From: Candidatus Cloacimonadales bacterium
Lineage (GTDB): Bacteria; Cloacimonadota; Cloacimonadia; Cloacimonadales; JAFGVF01
Direction: 5' to 3'
DNA length: 64,000 bases
Assembly (NCBI GenBank): GCA_963663475.2
Contig: CAXXJV010000001.1
Coordinates: forward strand, 1,952,001-2,016,000
A model generated the notes under the pieces. It saw only the letters and a list, made by a program, of their open reading frames with translations. It ran no database searches and was not told the DNA's origin. Each line of letters opens with the position of its first letter. The first letter of the stretch is position 1. This document shows, piece by piece, positions 10,617 to 21,700 of the stretch. Made by a program: the position numbers and the translations under genes.

Positions 10617-12097
10617 TTTTTTACCACCTTATTATAAATTGATAAATCTCTCTGTATAACTGATTTTTTTGTTTCTATTATCCCATTGACTTGATTTTGA
10701 TAGTTAGCAGATAACTTATTGCCTTTTATCTCTTCTTTGACTATAGACTCTATCTTTGTTGCTTTTATATCTTCTAATTCTAGTGCTTTAGAAATTATGT
10801 TTGACCAATTTAAGTATTTATTTTTATTATACATTTTTAAAAATGCTAATAGTTGCTCTCTGGGATTTCTGTGATTATGTGCTATGAGTAAATTTAATAA
10901 AAGGATTATCTTGTCATTATTGGGGAATAGTGAGCAAATATCTTCCTTTATATTATTAATTGTTTTCGAGTAGTCTATGTAATGACATTGAGATATGATA
11001 GGTTTTGTTCTTTCTCTGGAAATCCTATGAGATGCAACTTTTTTTCTACTATTCCTATCTATTATTTCTAAAGTGTCTTCATTTTCTTTAACTATAACTA
11101 TCTTTTGTTGATAGATATAAGGAACTGAATATTTGTTACCATTCCATGAGATAAGACCTGTTTTATCTACTTTTCGTGTCTCTGCAATATTCAGGTTATA
11201 TCTTCTTAATAGTTTTTCTTCTTCTTTAAACATTACTATAGGTCTTTCTCTAAGCGTACTGTGGATACGATTATTTACTTCTTCTAACCAGCTTTTTGAT
11301 TTCAACTTAACTTCAGATAAACTAGTAAATACTTCACCATCAAGAAAATCATACTTAACTTCTTGAACTTGTCTTTCTACCAACCCTTTACTTTCAGGAT
11401 CATAACCTTCACAAACATAAGGACTTATTGTTAGATTATTCATAAATTGAAAAAACTTATTATTATAAGTTACTTCTCGATAAATCTCCTTTATAACGAC
11501 TAGTTTTGTTTGATCATAAACCATTGTCTCTGGGATATATCCAAAATATTCAAAGCAATCTTTATGGGCTTGGATGAAGTCTTGAGTCTTATAAGGTCTT
11601 GTTTGAAAATGTACATATTTCATTCGTGAATAGCAATAGCTAAACACACAAAAGTATATTTTTAACTTGCTCTTATCAGATAAATAGATATTATACTCTC
11701 CGGGATCAACCTGCATCTGATTTCCTGGTTCATAATTGACAACTCGATAATAACGCTTAGTTGGTTGTATTAAATTATTTTTTATTTTTTTTGAAAAATT
11801 AAAAAAAGCTCTTTGTTTTACAGGTAATTTTCCATGCTGTTTGGATAATTTACGATATAATTTACTTAATCGCATATTAGGAAATTTTGTTAAATGTTTG
11901 CTAATTTCTTCCCTGTAAATTTCGAGCTTACTTGTTCGATTGACTTTCATTAAAGTTTTTTCTACGGTTTCAATGTCTTTTTGTAAGTAACCCATAACTG
12001 TTGTTTTAGAGATACTTAACTGTTCTGCTATTTCTCTTATACTCTTGCCATTTTCTCTTAATACTCTTATTGCGTGATACACTTGGACTCCTTTCAT
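10613..12097 (-). CDS. istA: IS21 DDE transposase
   Basis: N-terminal HTH, EPGNQMQVD, VYDQ, PESKGLVE and NKYSVP motifs; overlaps istB by 4 nt. Confidence 0.93.
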   Translation of the reverse strand: MKGVQVYHAIRVLRENGKSIREIAEQLSISKTTVMGYLQKDIETVEKTLMKVNRTSKLEIYREEISKHLTKFPNMRLSKLYRKLSKQHGKLPVKQRAFFNFSKKIKNNLIQPTKRYYRVVNYEPGNQMQVDPGEYNIYLSDKSKLKIYFCVFSYCYSRMKYVHFQTRPYKTQDFIQAHKDCFEYFGYIPETMVYDQTKLVVIKEIYREVTYNNKFFQFMNNLTISPYVCEGYDPESKGLVERQVQEVKYDFLDGEVFTSLSEVKLKSKSWLEEVNNRIHSTLRERPIVMFKEEEKLLRRYNLNIAETRKVDKTGLISWNGNKYSVPYIYQQKIVIVKENEDTLEIIDRNSRKKVASHRISRERTKPIISQCHYIDYSKTINNIKEDICSLFPNNDKIILLLNLLIAHNHRNPREQLLAFLKMYNKNKYLNWSNIISKALELEDIKATKIESIVKEEIKGNKLSANYQNQVNGIIETKKSVIQRDLSIYNKVVKK

Positions 12098-12540
12098 ATT
12101 GTCTCCTAGATTTCTCTATTTTTTTATCTAGGAAACTGTACCAGATTAAACTGCCATTTGTGTACCAATTTAAAATGCCATCTACACCCTTCTATAAAAC
12201 AAGATAAATACATCTTTCGTCGGACGGTGGACATTCTGTCTGCCATTCTCTTAAACTCCCCGCTTTAGTACTGAAGGTAGGTTTAAAGAGGGGTGGCTTG
12301 GTATTTCCAAGACGGGGTGTTTTGTGAGTCAAGCAGGGATTAATAAAATAATCAGGCTGATTACAGCCTGATGGAAGCAGAGACACTCCACACATAGTTT
12401 CGCTCATCTGGAATATGTAAACTATGGACTGGTAACACCCTTGCCACCACTCCATAAACCATAAAGCTATGCTATTGGAAAAGGTAGCATACTGATTGAA
12501 TAGTCTTAATTCATTTCAATTAAAAAATAATACATAATAA

Positions 12541-12587
12541 TTGACAAAAAACGTACTAGAAGTAAAAAAAGTACTAGAAGTAAAAAA
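12541..12587 (+). promoter_or_regulatory. TTGACA box plus tandem 17-bp repeat upstream of the secreted-protein gene
   Basis: TTGACA at 12541; gtactagaagtaaaaaa at 12553-12569 and 12571-12587. Confidence 0.45.
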
Positions 12588-12632
12588 TGTAAATGTAAAT
12601 AAATATTACAGTTTAACTTATTGGGAGGAACA

Positions 12633-15446
12633 ATGAGAAAATATCTGCTACTAATAGTTGTAACTTTGCTATGCTCTTTATCAAGCTTATTAGCACAAGT
12701 AGTTTGGGATAACTCGTCCTGTGTATATAGTGTCGACAATAGGAAAAGTGAATTAATATCAAAACAGGATATTGCAACTGGGTCCTTAGTATTTTATAGA
12801 CTTAATAATCAACTTGTATTTGAAAAACTGGATAACTTAGGAAATCCAATCACAGATCAAGTAATAGATTTGAATATACAAGTTAATGAAGAATCGATTT
12901 TAACAGTTAGAAAAAGTTATGATAACAACTTTTTTATTTATTGGAGAGAAGAAAACTTGCTCAAGATTAAGAAAATCAGTGAAGAAGGCAGTGACCTATG
13001 GAATTCGTGTTTAAATATACCAATTCTAGATTATTCAAATAGGATTATTGATGGAATGCAAATTGTTGATGATGAAGAATCTGTCTATTTATTGGTAAAT
13101 TACCAGAGTGATGTTTATGAGGAAGTCTTAGTAAGTTATCAGATTGATGTTATAAATAATAATCCTCAAGAGATTAATCAAAACATTATTTATGAAGCAG
13201 AGGGGCTTTCTTCTTTTACTGGAGCATTAACAAGTGATGGTATAACTTACATGTGGTTACAAGCTGATGAAGATAAAATTTTCATCAAAATAAGTGAAAC
13301 CATTCACGAGATAAACGGGCAAGTAGCTTATTCAACTCAACCTGGATGGAAAGTTAAAGAATGTAAAATTCTTGAGTTAAATGGAGATAAAACTCTTTAC
13401 TGTTTAGTTGGTAAGTATTATGAGTCTTATAATGAAGGATTTTCAGACATTTATATCTATAATGAAGTGACAGAAAGTACTAGTGAAGTATTCACTAATC
13501 AAATTCTTATAGATGTTCAAAGAATCTCTGATAATGAGTTTTTATCTGTGACTATGAGTGATAGTCTTTATTTTACAAGATATGATGCAGTAGGCGATAT
13601 TATTTCTTCAGTTAGCCAGGAACACTATTGTCATGGCTGGAGTCAAGATTGGATTTCTTATCAGCCTTATATCAAAAGTGTTGATTGTAGGCTTGAAAAT
13701 GGGGAATATAAAATTGCTATTGGTTTTATCGGTGTGAGCAGTGACATTGTTACTCCTTCTACAGATTATAATTCCAAATTAGGTATTTATAGCTACAATT
13801 TAGCAAATGATCAGACATCAGCTGTTTTGGGTGACCTAGGGAATTTTACAGAAAATAGAATTTCACTTTATGTATGTATGGGAGATACAAGAGCATCTCT
13901 ATTGAATAAATGTTATCAAGATAATGATTCATCCTACAATCAATATTTTCTGGATTATAATCAAAATTCCCAAGTAAGTCATAATACTTATCAAATTGCA
14001 TTAACTAGTATTTCATATTTAAGAGAAATGAACTCTTTTATTTGGAATGGTAACAGTCGTGTAATAATGAAAGTAAATAATTCATTATTGGAAAATGAGA
14101 TTAATGACATTGGAGAAATAATCATGGAAAATTATCAAGAGACAAATTCTCCTATGTATATACTTGAAAATTTTTCAGAGAATAATTATGTACTTCTTTA
14201 TGCCTATAACTATGATTATTTTGATGACTTTGGAGTAACTGAAGTTACATACGATGTAAGAGCTAAGTTTTATAAAGACAACGGTAGCATTAGTATTGAA
14301 GATATGCCTTGTGAATCGAATTTGCAATCATATTTGGATATTGAAGACGGTGATGGTTTATGGATGACTCCTTTTTATTCTTCTAGTTTCCAAATTCGTA
14401 GAATAGAAAATGGAGTACTTCAAGACCCAATAGATTCCTGGTTTGAGTATGGTAATATACTTATGGTGAAAAATAATTATCTAATCAAGAATGGCGATCA
14501 TCAGTTTCTTATTACTAAAATTAACGATTTCGGTTCTATAACTGAAGGCTGGACTCTTGATGGCTATAGCTTTACAGAAGAGTATGATATCAATATTAGA
14601 AATAAAGAGATTTTCAAATATCAAAACAGACTAATATTCTCTTATTTAACAGGAGCAAATTATAAAATACTTGATGTTAATCCAGAGGATTTGGCCCAAA
14701 CAACTAGCTATGTTTTTCCATGTACTTATATTAATGAGAAAAATGATTTTATTATCGGGAATAAATTCTATAATATACATAATTATGATTCGCAGATAAC
14801 AATATCATGCTATGATATAGATAACAATTTTGCAGAAGTATGGCAAGAATCAGTTGCAGAAAATGTTAGGGATTATGATATTAAAGTCGTAAATAATAGA
14901 TTTGTTGTTGCTTATACTCAAGGTACTGAAGGAAGCGAAAGAGTTTATCTCAGAACTATTAGTTTTTTGGGTAATAGTGATCAGTATGAAGAGGGCTATG
15001 CTTTACCTTTAAACTTAGATAGTCAGTACGATCCTACTATAAGTGTGCTTGATGATAACACTATCTTCGTTAACAGAATTGAGAATAATTCAGCTGATAA
15101 TCCTGGTGTTTATTGTGATTTAATAGACCTTAGTTACTTTGTTCCAAATAACACTGAAAATGTGTCACCTCTTACTTTCACAGCAACAAATTATCCAAAT
15201 CCTTTTAACCCTGAGACTACTATTTCTTATAATCTTACTAAAGCTGGAGTTACTAAAGTTGAGGTCTTTAATTTGAAAGGTCAGTTAGTAAAGACTTTAG
15301 TTAATGAAGTACAAGCTCAAGGTAATCAAAAGGTAATTTGGAAAGGCAATAATAATCAAGATAAACAGGTAAGCTCAGGAATTTATCTGTATAAAATTAA
15401 AAGTACAGGTGGTGTTATAAGTGGGAAGATGGTGTTGATGAAATAG
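12633..15446 (+). CDS. Large secreted protein with signal peptide and C-terminal FlgD-Ig/T9SS-type sorting domain (complete, copy 3)
   Basis: GGAGG RBS before ATG 12633, signal peptide MRKYLLLIVVTLLCSLSSLLA, acidic beta-rich body, NYPNPFNP C-terminal domain. Confidence 0.9.
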   Translation: MRKYLLLIVVTLLCSLSSLLAQVVWDNSSCVYSVDNRKSELISKQDIATGSLVFYRLNNQLVFEKLDNLGNPITDQVIDLNIQVNEESILTVRKSYDNNFFIYWREENLLKIKKISEEGSDLWNSCLNIPILDYSNRIIDGMQIVDDEESVYLLVNYQSDVYEEVLVSYQIDVINNNPQEINQNIIYEAEGLSSFTGALTSDGITYMWLQADEDKIFIKISETIHEINGQVAYSTQPGWKVKECKILELNGDKTLYCLVGKYYESYNEGFSDIYIYNEVTESTSEVFTNQILIDVQRISDNEFLSVTMSDSLYFTRYDAVGDIISSVSQEHYCHGWSQDWISYQPYIKSVDCRLENGEYKIAIGFIGVSSDIVTPSTDYNSKLGIYSYNLANDQTSAVLGDLGNFTENRISLYVCMGDTRASLLNKCYQDNDSSYNQYFLDYNQNSQVSHNTYQIALTSISYLREMNSFIWNGNSRVIMKVNNSLLENEINDIGEIIMENYQETNSPMYILENFSENNYVLLYAYNYDYFDDFGVTEVTYDVRAKFYKDNGSISIEDMPCESNLQSYLDIEDGDGLWMTPFYSSSFQIRRIENGVLQDPIDSWFEYGNILMVKNNYLIKNGDHQFLITKINDFGSITEGWTLDGYSFTEEYDINIRNKEIFKYQNRLIFSYLTGANYKILDVNPEDLAQTTSYVFPCTYINEKNDFIIGNKFYNIHNYDSQITISCYDIDNNFAEVWQESVAENVRDYDIKVVNNRFVVAYTQGTEGSERVYLRTISFLGNSDQYEEGYALPLNLDSQYDPTISVLDDNTIFVNRIENNSADNPGVYCDLIDLSYFVPNNTENVSPLTFTATNYPNPFNPETTISYNLTKAGVTKVEVFNLKGQLVKTLVNEVQAQGNQKVIWKGNNNQDKQVSSGIYLYKIKSTGGVISGKMVLMK

Positions 15447-15684
15447 GGTCTTGCTTTGCAAGAATTAAAAATGAAAAATAAAAGTGGAATAATAAATTCC
15501 CTGGATTTGATAGATTCTCTTTTTTTATTTAAAAATAAATCTATTTTGCAGATAAGAGACAAGAGGTTATATGGATTATTTAAAATATATTTTTCTTTTA
15601 AACAAAGAGGGTGTATGGCAATACACCCCTACAATACCCGGTTTTAGATACGTAATATATCTGTAATAATAAAATGTATTATAT

Positions 15685-16314
15685 ATGAGAAATCACAAAT
15701 ACAATCCAGAAATCCATAATCGTCGTTCTATCAGACTGAAGAAATATGATTATTCCCAGCCTGGACTCTATTTTATTACCCTTTGCACCAAAAACAGAGA
15801 ATTTCTCTTTGGTGAAATCAATAATGAAAAAATGTTGCTGAATGATGCAGGGGTTATTGTTATGCAAGAATGGGAGAAAACGCAACAAATAAGAAAAAAT
15901 ATTAAATTAGGTGAATATGTGATAATGCCTAATCATTTTCATGCAATCATACAAATAGAATATCAAATCATGACATCTTCTTCTGAAAATAACAAGAAAT
16001 TCCAATCACCAACCCAAACCATCGGTGCAATTATGCGAGGATTTAAAGGTTCAACAACATTAAAAATAAATAAAAACCTACCAGCCCGTAATCATGGTAG
16101 GGGCGTATTGCCATACGCCCAAAATAATAATAATTCAGTCTGGCAAAGAAATTATTGGGAACACATCATCAGAACAGAAATCGAATATACCAAAATCTCA
16201 CAATATATAATTAACAATCCTCTGTGTTGGGATAATGATAAATTAAATGGGGGAGATGGGAATGCTGTTTTGGAAGATGAAATAGATTATAATTTAAAAT
16301 TATGGATGGTATGA
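15685..16314 (+). CDS. rayT: RAYT, copy 3
   Basis: Near-identical to 2560-3189 with a different C-terminal tail. Confidence 0.9.
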   Translation: MRNHKYNPEIHNRRSIRLKKYDYSQPGLYFITLCTKNREFLFGEINNEKMLLNDAGVIVMQEWEKTQQIRKNIKLGEYVIMPNHFHAIIQIEYQIMTSSSENNKKFQSPTQTIGAIMRGFKGSTTLKINKNLPARNHGRGVLPYAQNNNNSVWQRNYWEHIIRTEIEYTKISQYIINNPLCWDNDKLNGGDGNAVLEDEIDYNLKLWMV

Positions 16315-16345
16315 TTGTAGGGGCGAAACATCTTTCGCCCAGAAA

Positions 16346-16979
16346 GGAAATATTGCAGTCATTTGGGTGCTCTACTCTCTCCAAAATCATAAAGTTTTAA
16401 TTATTTGATAAATAGAAGAATTAAACCTCTTAAATTTGTGACACAGGTTTTTCCATACCAATTAGTATGAAAAAAGTGAAGTCACAATTTCCATTACTGC
16501 AATAATAATCTACTTAAATATCAATATAATAAATACTTAGAAGATGTCTCAATTATTAATCAGTTTATTAATATTTTTAAGTAAGTAATCTACGTCTCCC
16601 TATCATTTGCTGTTTATGACTAATTTTACATTGAACCTAAAAACTGAAAAATTATGATGTACATTATAAAGTGACAGGCGTTTTTTCCTTGTTGTGACAG
16701 CGTGATTTCCATCTTGCAACATATTGAATAGACTTTTATACCCTTTAAACTCCCACACATTAGACACTTAACCTATGACGTCAATGCAAACTGCAAGTGA
16801 CTGAAGTTTTTCCTCTTTGCTTTTAACATCAGCCATTAATGAAAAATAGCTGTCATTTGGGTGACACCATTATTTCCATTTTATAAAGTACTGACTATTA
16901 AACATATAGCCAATATTTACACTTTAAATTTATGACACAGGTTTTTTCATAAGTGTTGAGATGGAAAAAGTGAAGTCAT
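16346..16979. promoter_or_regulatory. Array of about ten 17-bp RTGAC-N7-TTTCC-like sites in both orientations
   Basis: Sites start at 16346(-), 16438(+), 16469(-), 16671(+), 16694(+), 16797(+), 16840(-), 16861(+), 16932(+) and 16963(-). Two diverged units lie 494 bp apart. Confidence 0.7.
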
Positions 16980-17141
16980 AGCTTTTTGATAACTAAAATA
17001 TCTTTAATATTAAAATAACTTATGATTATTTATCATCTTTCTCGTTATCTCAAAACTTTTTAAGCAAAATCGATGTATCACTTGAGATAGTGAGATATCG
17101 GTTGTTTTAATAAGACATAAACCACAATTGAATACTAAAAT

Positions 17142-18794
17142 CTAATCTTTCCGACATGAATTAAGTTGTTGTTTAACAATAAAATAAGTAAAATTACTTT
17201 TTGACAAAAATACCTCGTATATGATTATAGTTTAGTTGTTTACGGAAATAAACGAAACTATAAAAAACGAGGTATATATGCTAAAAGAATACAAACAGGT
17301 AAAAGTGTCAAGCTTGAATTCAGGATTAATAATAGATTTATTTGAAATATTTAAATTTGGGAGTATTTTGAAGCAAGTTGGTATAGTAAAACAAAAGGGG
17401 CATACTATTATAGAACTGATGCTTCTTTTCATGTTCATGATTCTTGAGAATAAAAAGTCCTTATATTTTGGTCTAAAATTCAATAATATATCAAAATTCA
17501 AAACACCAATAAATGATATGCTAAACAACTCAAATTATAAATGGAGAAAATTATTATATAAAGTTGCTTTAAGGTTTATTAAGCTAAGTGATACTTCCTG
17601 TGAAAATGATAATTGTATAATTTTTGATGATACATCGAAAGTAAAAACAGGAAAAAAGACAGAATATATCAGTTGGTTTCATGATCACTGTTTATCAAAA
17701 TACTTCAAGGGGTTTCAAAACATAACTGAAGTGTGGAGTAATGGGGTCTCAGCTGTTGTATTAGATTTTGAATTAAAAATTGGAAAGAAAAAAGTCAAGA
17801 AGTCAAAAAGACCCAGATACCACAAAAGCACTCATACTGAGCAAAGAAATCGTTTTTCAAAAGAAAAAAAGACTCAAATTATCATTAAAATGATAAAACG
17901 CACTATTCAGAGAAAAATACCTTTTAAATATGTATTATGGGATTCATGGTTCAATAACAACACAAGTTATAACTTTGTATTTGAAAGACTTGTACCACTT
18001 GGAATAACACTAGTGTCTATGTTAAAAAATGGTTCCCAGAAATATAAGTTCAATGGTCAATATTATGATTTGAAAACTCTAAACAAAATAGCTGGTAAAT
18101 GGTTTTGTGATAGAAAGTCTGGAATAAAACATAAATCAATTATTGTTGAAGTATTGGATACTTCAAGTTCAAGAAAAATAAATGAAAGAAGAGTAATAGA
18201 CAAGATAAAAATATGTTTTTTTAAGTACCCTAATGTTAAAAGATGGAAGGCTATCTTAACAACTGATTTACGACTTTCAGAAATAGAAGTTCTAAAGATT
18301 TATATGAGAAGATGGTCAATAGAATGTGTATTTAAAGAAATGAAACAATATTTCGGATATAATCAGAGTCATTCTTCAAAATACTCAGCAATGATTGCTG
18401 ATTTGACTATTAGGTACGTATTTTATAACATGCTATGTTATAAAAAACAGCAAAAGCCATATCCTTCAATGGAACAACTATTAATTGAATTTTATGAAGA
18501 GCTTGAAGAGGCTTCATTAATAATATTTATCAATACGATTTTTACTCAAAAAGTAAAAGACTTCATCGATTATTCAATAGCTTATGGATACACAAATTTA
18601 ACTGAGTTAAGAAAGGATGTTGATATTATGATAAGAAAATTCTTTGAAAATGATGAAATTATAGATAAAATCACAGAAGTAGATATTCAGTATAATGGCA
18701 GAATTGCATAATCAACTGATAAAAAGACACATGAGTCTCTATGATGAACAAATTTGTAGTTTATTTGCAATAACTTAGGTGTCGGAAAGATTAG
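17142..18794 (+). mobile_element. IS4-like insertion sequence
   Basis: Perfect 15-bp terminal inverted repeats CTAATCTTTCCGACA (17142-17156) and TGTCGGAAAGATTAG (18780-18794). No target duplication is visible. Confidence 0.88.
17278..18711 (+). CDS. IS4-like DDE transposase
   Basis: IIFDDT, LWDSWF and Y..RWSIECVFKEMKQ (YREK-type signature); GAGGT RBS before ATG 17278. Confidence 0.85.
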   Translation: MLKEYKQVKVSSLNSGLIIDLFEIFKFGSILKQVGIVKQKGHTIIELMLLFMFMILENKKSLYFGLKFNNISKFKTPINDMLNNSNYKWRKLLYKVALRFIKLSDTSCENDNCIIFDDTSKVKTGKKTEYISWFHDHCLSKYFKGFQNITEVWSNGVSAVVLDFELKIGKKKVKKSKRPRYHKSTHTEQRNRFSKEKKTQIIIKMIKRTIQRKIPFKYVLWDSWFNNNTSYNFVFERLVPLGITLVSMLKNGSQKYKFNGQYYDLKTLNKIAGKWFCDRKSGIKHKSIIVEVLDTSSSRKINERRVIDKIKICFFKYPNVKRWKAILTTDLRLSEIEVLKIYMRRWSIECVFKEMKQYFGYNQSHSSKYSAMIADLTIRYVFYNMLCYKKQQKPYPSMEQLLIEFYEELEEASLIIFINTIFTQKVKDFIDYSIAYGYTNLTELRKDVDIMIRKFFENDEIIDKITEVDIQYNGRIA

Positions 18795-21700
18795 TAATTA
18801 TTTGTGATGAAGCTCATAGAACGACTGGAGTAACACTAGCTGATGATGATGAATCAGCTTTTGTTAAGGTACATAGCAACAATTTTTATCAGCAGTAAAA
18901 AAAGAATTTATATGACAGCAACTCCAAGACTATTCAATGATGATTCAAAAAGTCAAGCTGCAGAATATGATGCTGTTTTATGTTCAATGGATGATGAAAA
19001 TTTGTATGGAGAAGAAATATATAGGATAGGCTTCGGCGAAGCTGTAGAAAAGGACTTGCTTACTGATTATAAAGTTCTAATATTAACTTTAAGTGACAAA
19101 GATATTTCACCAACAATTCAAAATTCATTAACCAATGGTAAAAAAGAATTAACAACAGACGATGCCACGAAATTAATTGGTGTTATTAATGCTCTTTCTA
19201 AACAGATAATTGGAGATGAAGGATTGATAGACGAAAGTGACCCTTATCCTATGAAGAGAGCTTTGGCATTTTGCCAAAATATTAAAGTATCAAAATCTAT
19301 AACCGAAACATTCAATGAAACATCTGAAGTTTACCTGGAGACTTTAGATAAAGAAAAAAGACACAAAATGGTCACTATTTCATCTAAGCATATAGATGGT
19401 ACAATGTCTGCGCCAAAAAGAGACGAGTTGTTATCTTGGTTAAAAAGTGATGAAACGGATGAAAAAGAGTGCCGAGTCCTCACAAATGTAAGATGTTTGA
19501 GTGAGGGGTTGATGTCCCATCACTTGACGCTGTAATGTTTCTATCAGCTAGAAACTCTCCTGTTGAAGTCGTTCAATCTGTTGGTCGAGTTATGAGAAAA
19601 GCTAAAGGGAAGAAATATGGGTATATTATAATTCCAGTAGTTATTCCTTCTGATATTGAACCATCCAAAGCTCTTGATGATAATGAAAGATTCAAAGTAG
19701 TATGGACAGTATTAAACGCTTTGAGAGCTCACGATGACAGATTCAATGCTACGATCAATAAAATTGACATAAATAAAAAAAGACCACATCAAATTTTAGT
19801 TGGTGGGATGGTTCATGAAAATGAAACTGATTATACTACTAACAAAGAGCAATCAGATGAACGGAAGAAGGTCGATGATCAACTAAGAATACAGTTCGAA
19901 GCGTTACAGGGAATTGTATTCGCTAAAATGGTTAAGAAAGTTGGGGATCGGTTATATTGGGAACAGTGGGCAAAAGATGTTGCTGAGATTGCAGAAAAAC
20001 AGATTGAAAGAATTAAAAATCTCATAATAGACTGCCCTCAACACAAAAAAACATTTAATAAATTTTTACAAGGTTTACAGCAAAATATCAATCCAAGTAT
20101 TTCGAAAGAGCAGAGTATTGAAATGTTGGCACAGCATATTATTACCAGACCAATATTCGAAGCTTTATTCGAAAATTATTCCTTTGCTGAAAATAATGCA
20201 ATCTCAAAATCAATGCAAAAAATGTTGGATTTGTTGGAAGGTAATATTCTTGAGAAAGAGTCAGATAAGCTCCAAAAATTCTACACATCTGTAAGAAAAC
20301 GAGCTGAAGGGATTGATAATGCCGAAGGTAAACAGAGAATTATTATTGAGCTCTATGATAAATTTTTCAAAAATGCATTTCCAAAAATGGTTGAACAACT
20401 TGGTATCGTTTATACTCCTGTAGAAATTGTTGATTTATTATTCACTCTGTCAATGATGTATTGAAACAAAAATTTAGCAGAACAATTTCTGATGAGAATA
20501 TTCATGTTCTTGATCCGTTTACTGGAACAGGAACTTTTATTACACGCTTATTACAAAGTGGTTTAATTCAAAAGAAAGATTTGATTAGGAAATATACTAA
20601 TGAACTACATGCAAACGAGATAGTTTTATTAGCATATTATATTGCTGCAGTAAATATAGAAAATGCATTCCATGATTTGATAGGTGTTGATGCTGAATAT
20701 AAGCCTTTTGATGGAATAGTCTTAACAGACACCTTTCAAATGGGTGAATCAGATAAAAGTGAAGAACTTTTTTCTGAAATGTTTCCTCAAAATTCTGAAC
20801 GTGTAGAAGCTCAGAAAAAGGCACCAATAAGAATCATTGTTGGGAATCCACCTTATTCGATAGGACAAAGATCAGCAAACGATAATGCACAGAATCAAAG
20901 TTATGAAATCCTGGATAACAGAATTGCAAAGACTTATGCCGAATTATCTAATGCAGGACTAAACAAATCGTTGTATGATGCTTATATCAAAGCTTTTCGT
21001 TGGGCTACAGATAGAATTGAAGATAATGGTATTATTTGCTTTGTTTCAAATGGTGCTTGGATAGATGGTAACTCTCAAGATGGTTTTAGAAAAAGCTTAG
21101 CGCATGAGTTTTCTGATATTTATGTTTTTAACTTACGAGGAAACCAACGAACAAGTGGTGAGCTTTCACGAAAAGAAGGAGGAAAGATCTTTGGCTCTGG
21201 ATCAAGAACTCCTATATCAATAACTCTTCTTGTGAAAAATAAAAATGCTACACATGAAACAGCTAAAATATATTACAATGATATTGGTGATTATTTAAAA
21301 AGAGAAGATAAACTGAAAATTATTAGTGACTATGGGACTGTTTCAAATCCTAAAATTGAATGGAAAACTCTTAAACCTAATGAACATGGAGATTGGATAA
21401 ACCACCGTAATGACCAATTTGGAACTTTCGTATCACTTCAACCAGAAAATAAATTTGATTTAAAGTGTAAGTCAGTTTTCAACACTAATGCTGTAGGAGT
21501 AGCGACCAATAGAGATGTTTGGGTATATAATTTTTCTAGAAATAGATTAAAGCAAAATATGACGAGTATGATAGAATTCTATAATCAACAACAAATATCT
21601 TATCATAAAGCTAAGGAAATCAATAACGAGCTAAATATTGGAGCTTTTGTTGATGAAAATCTAAAAAAAATAAAATGGACACGGTCATTAAAAAAAAGTG

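Larger units (their letters stand above)
9818..12186 (-). mobile_element. IS21-family insertion sequence
   Basis: Termini TGTCAATAGCAGTTTAAATTGGTACA and (reverse complement) TGTAGATGGCATTTTAAATTGGTACA, each with a tandem internal repeat; contains an istA-istB pair. Confidence 0.92.

Noticed and set aside
12392-12426. Hammerhead-like cagatgagcgaaac on the minus strand
   Set aside because: The core deviates from CUGAUGA and stems I and II cannot form.
16346-16979. CRISPR array or integron attC array
   Set aside because: The repeats are short, bipartite, in both orientations and irregularly spaced. There are no cas genes, no RYYYAAC/GTTRRRY boxes, and the recombinase is too short for IntI.
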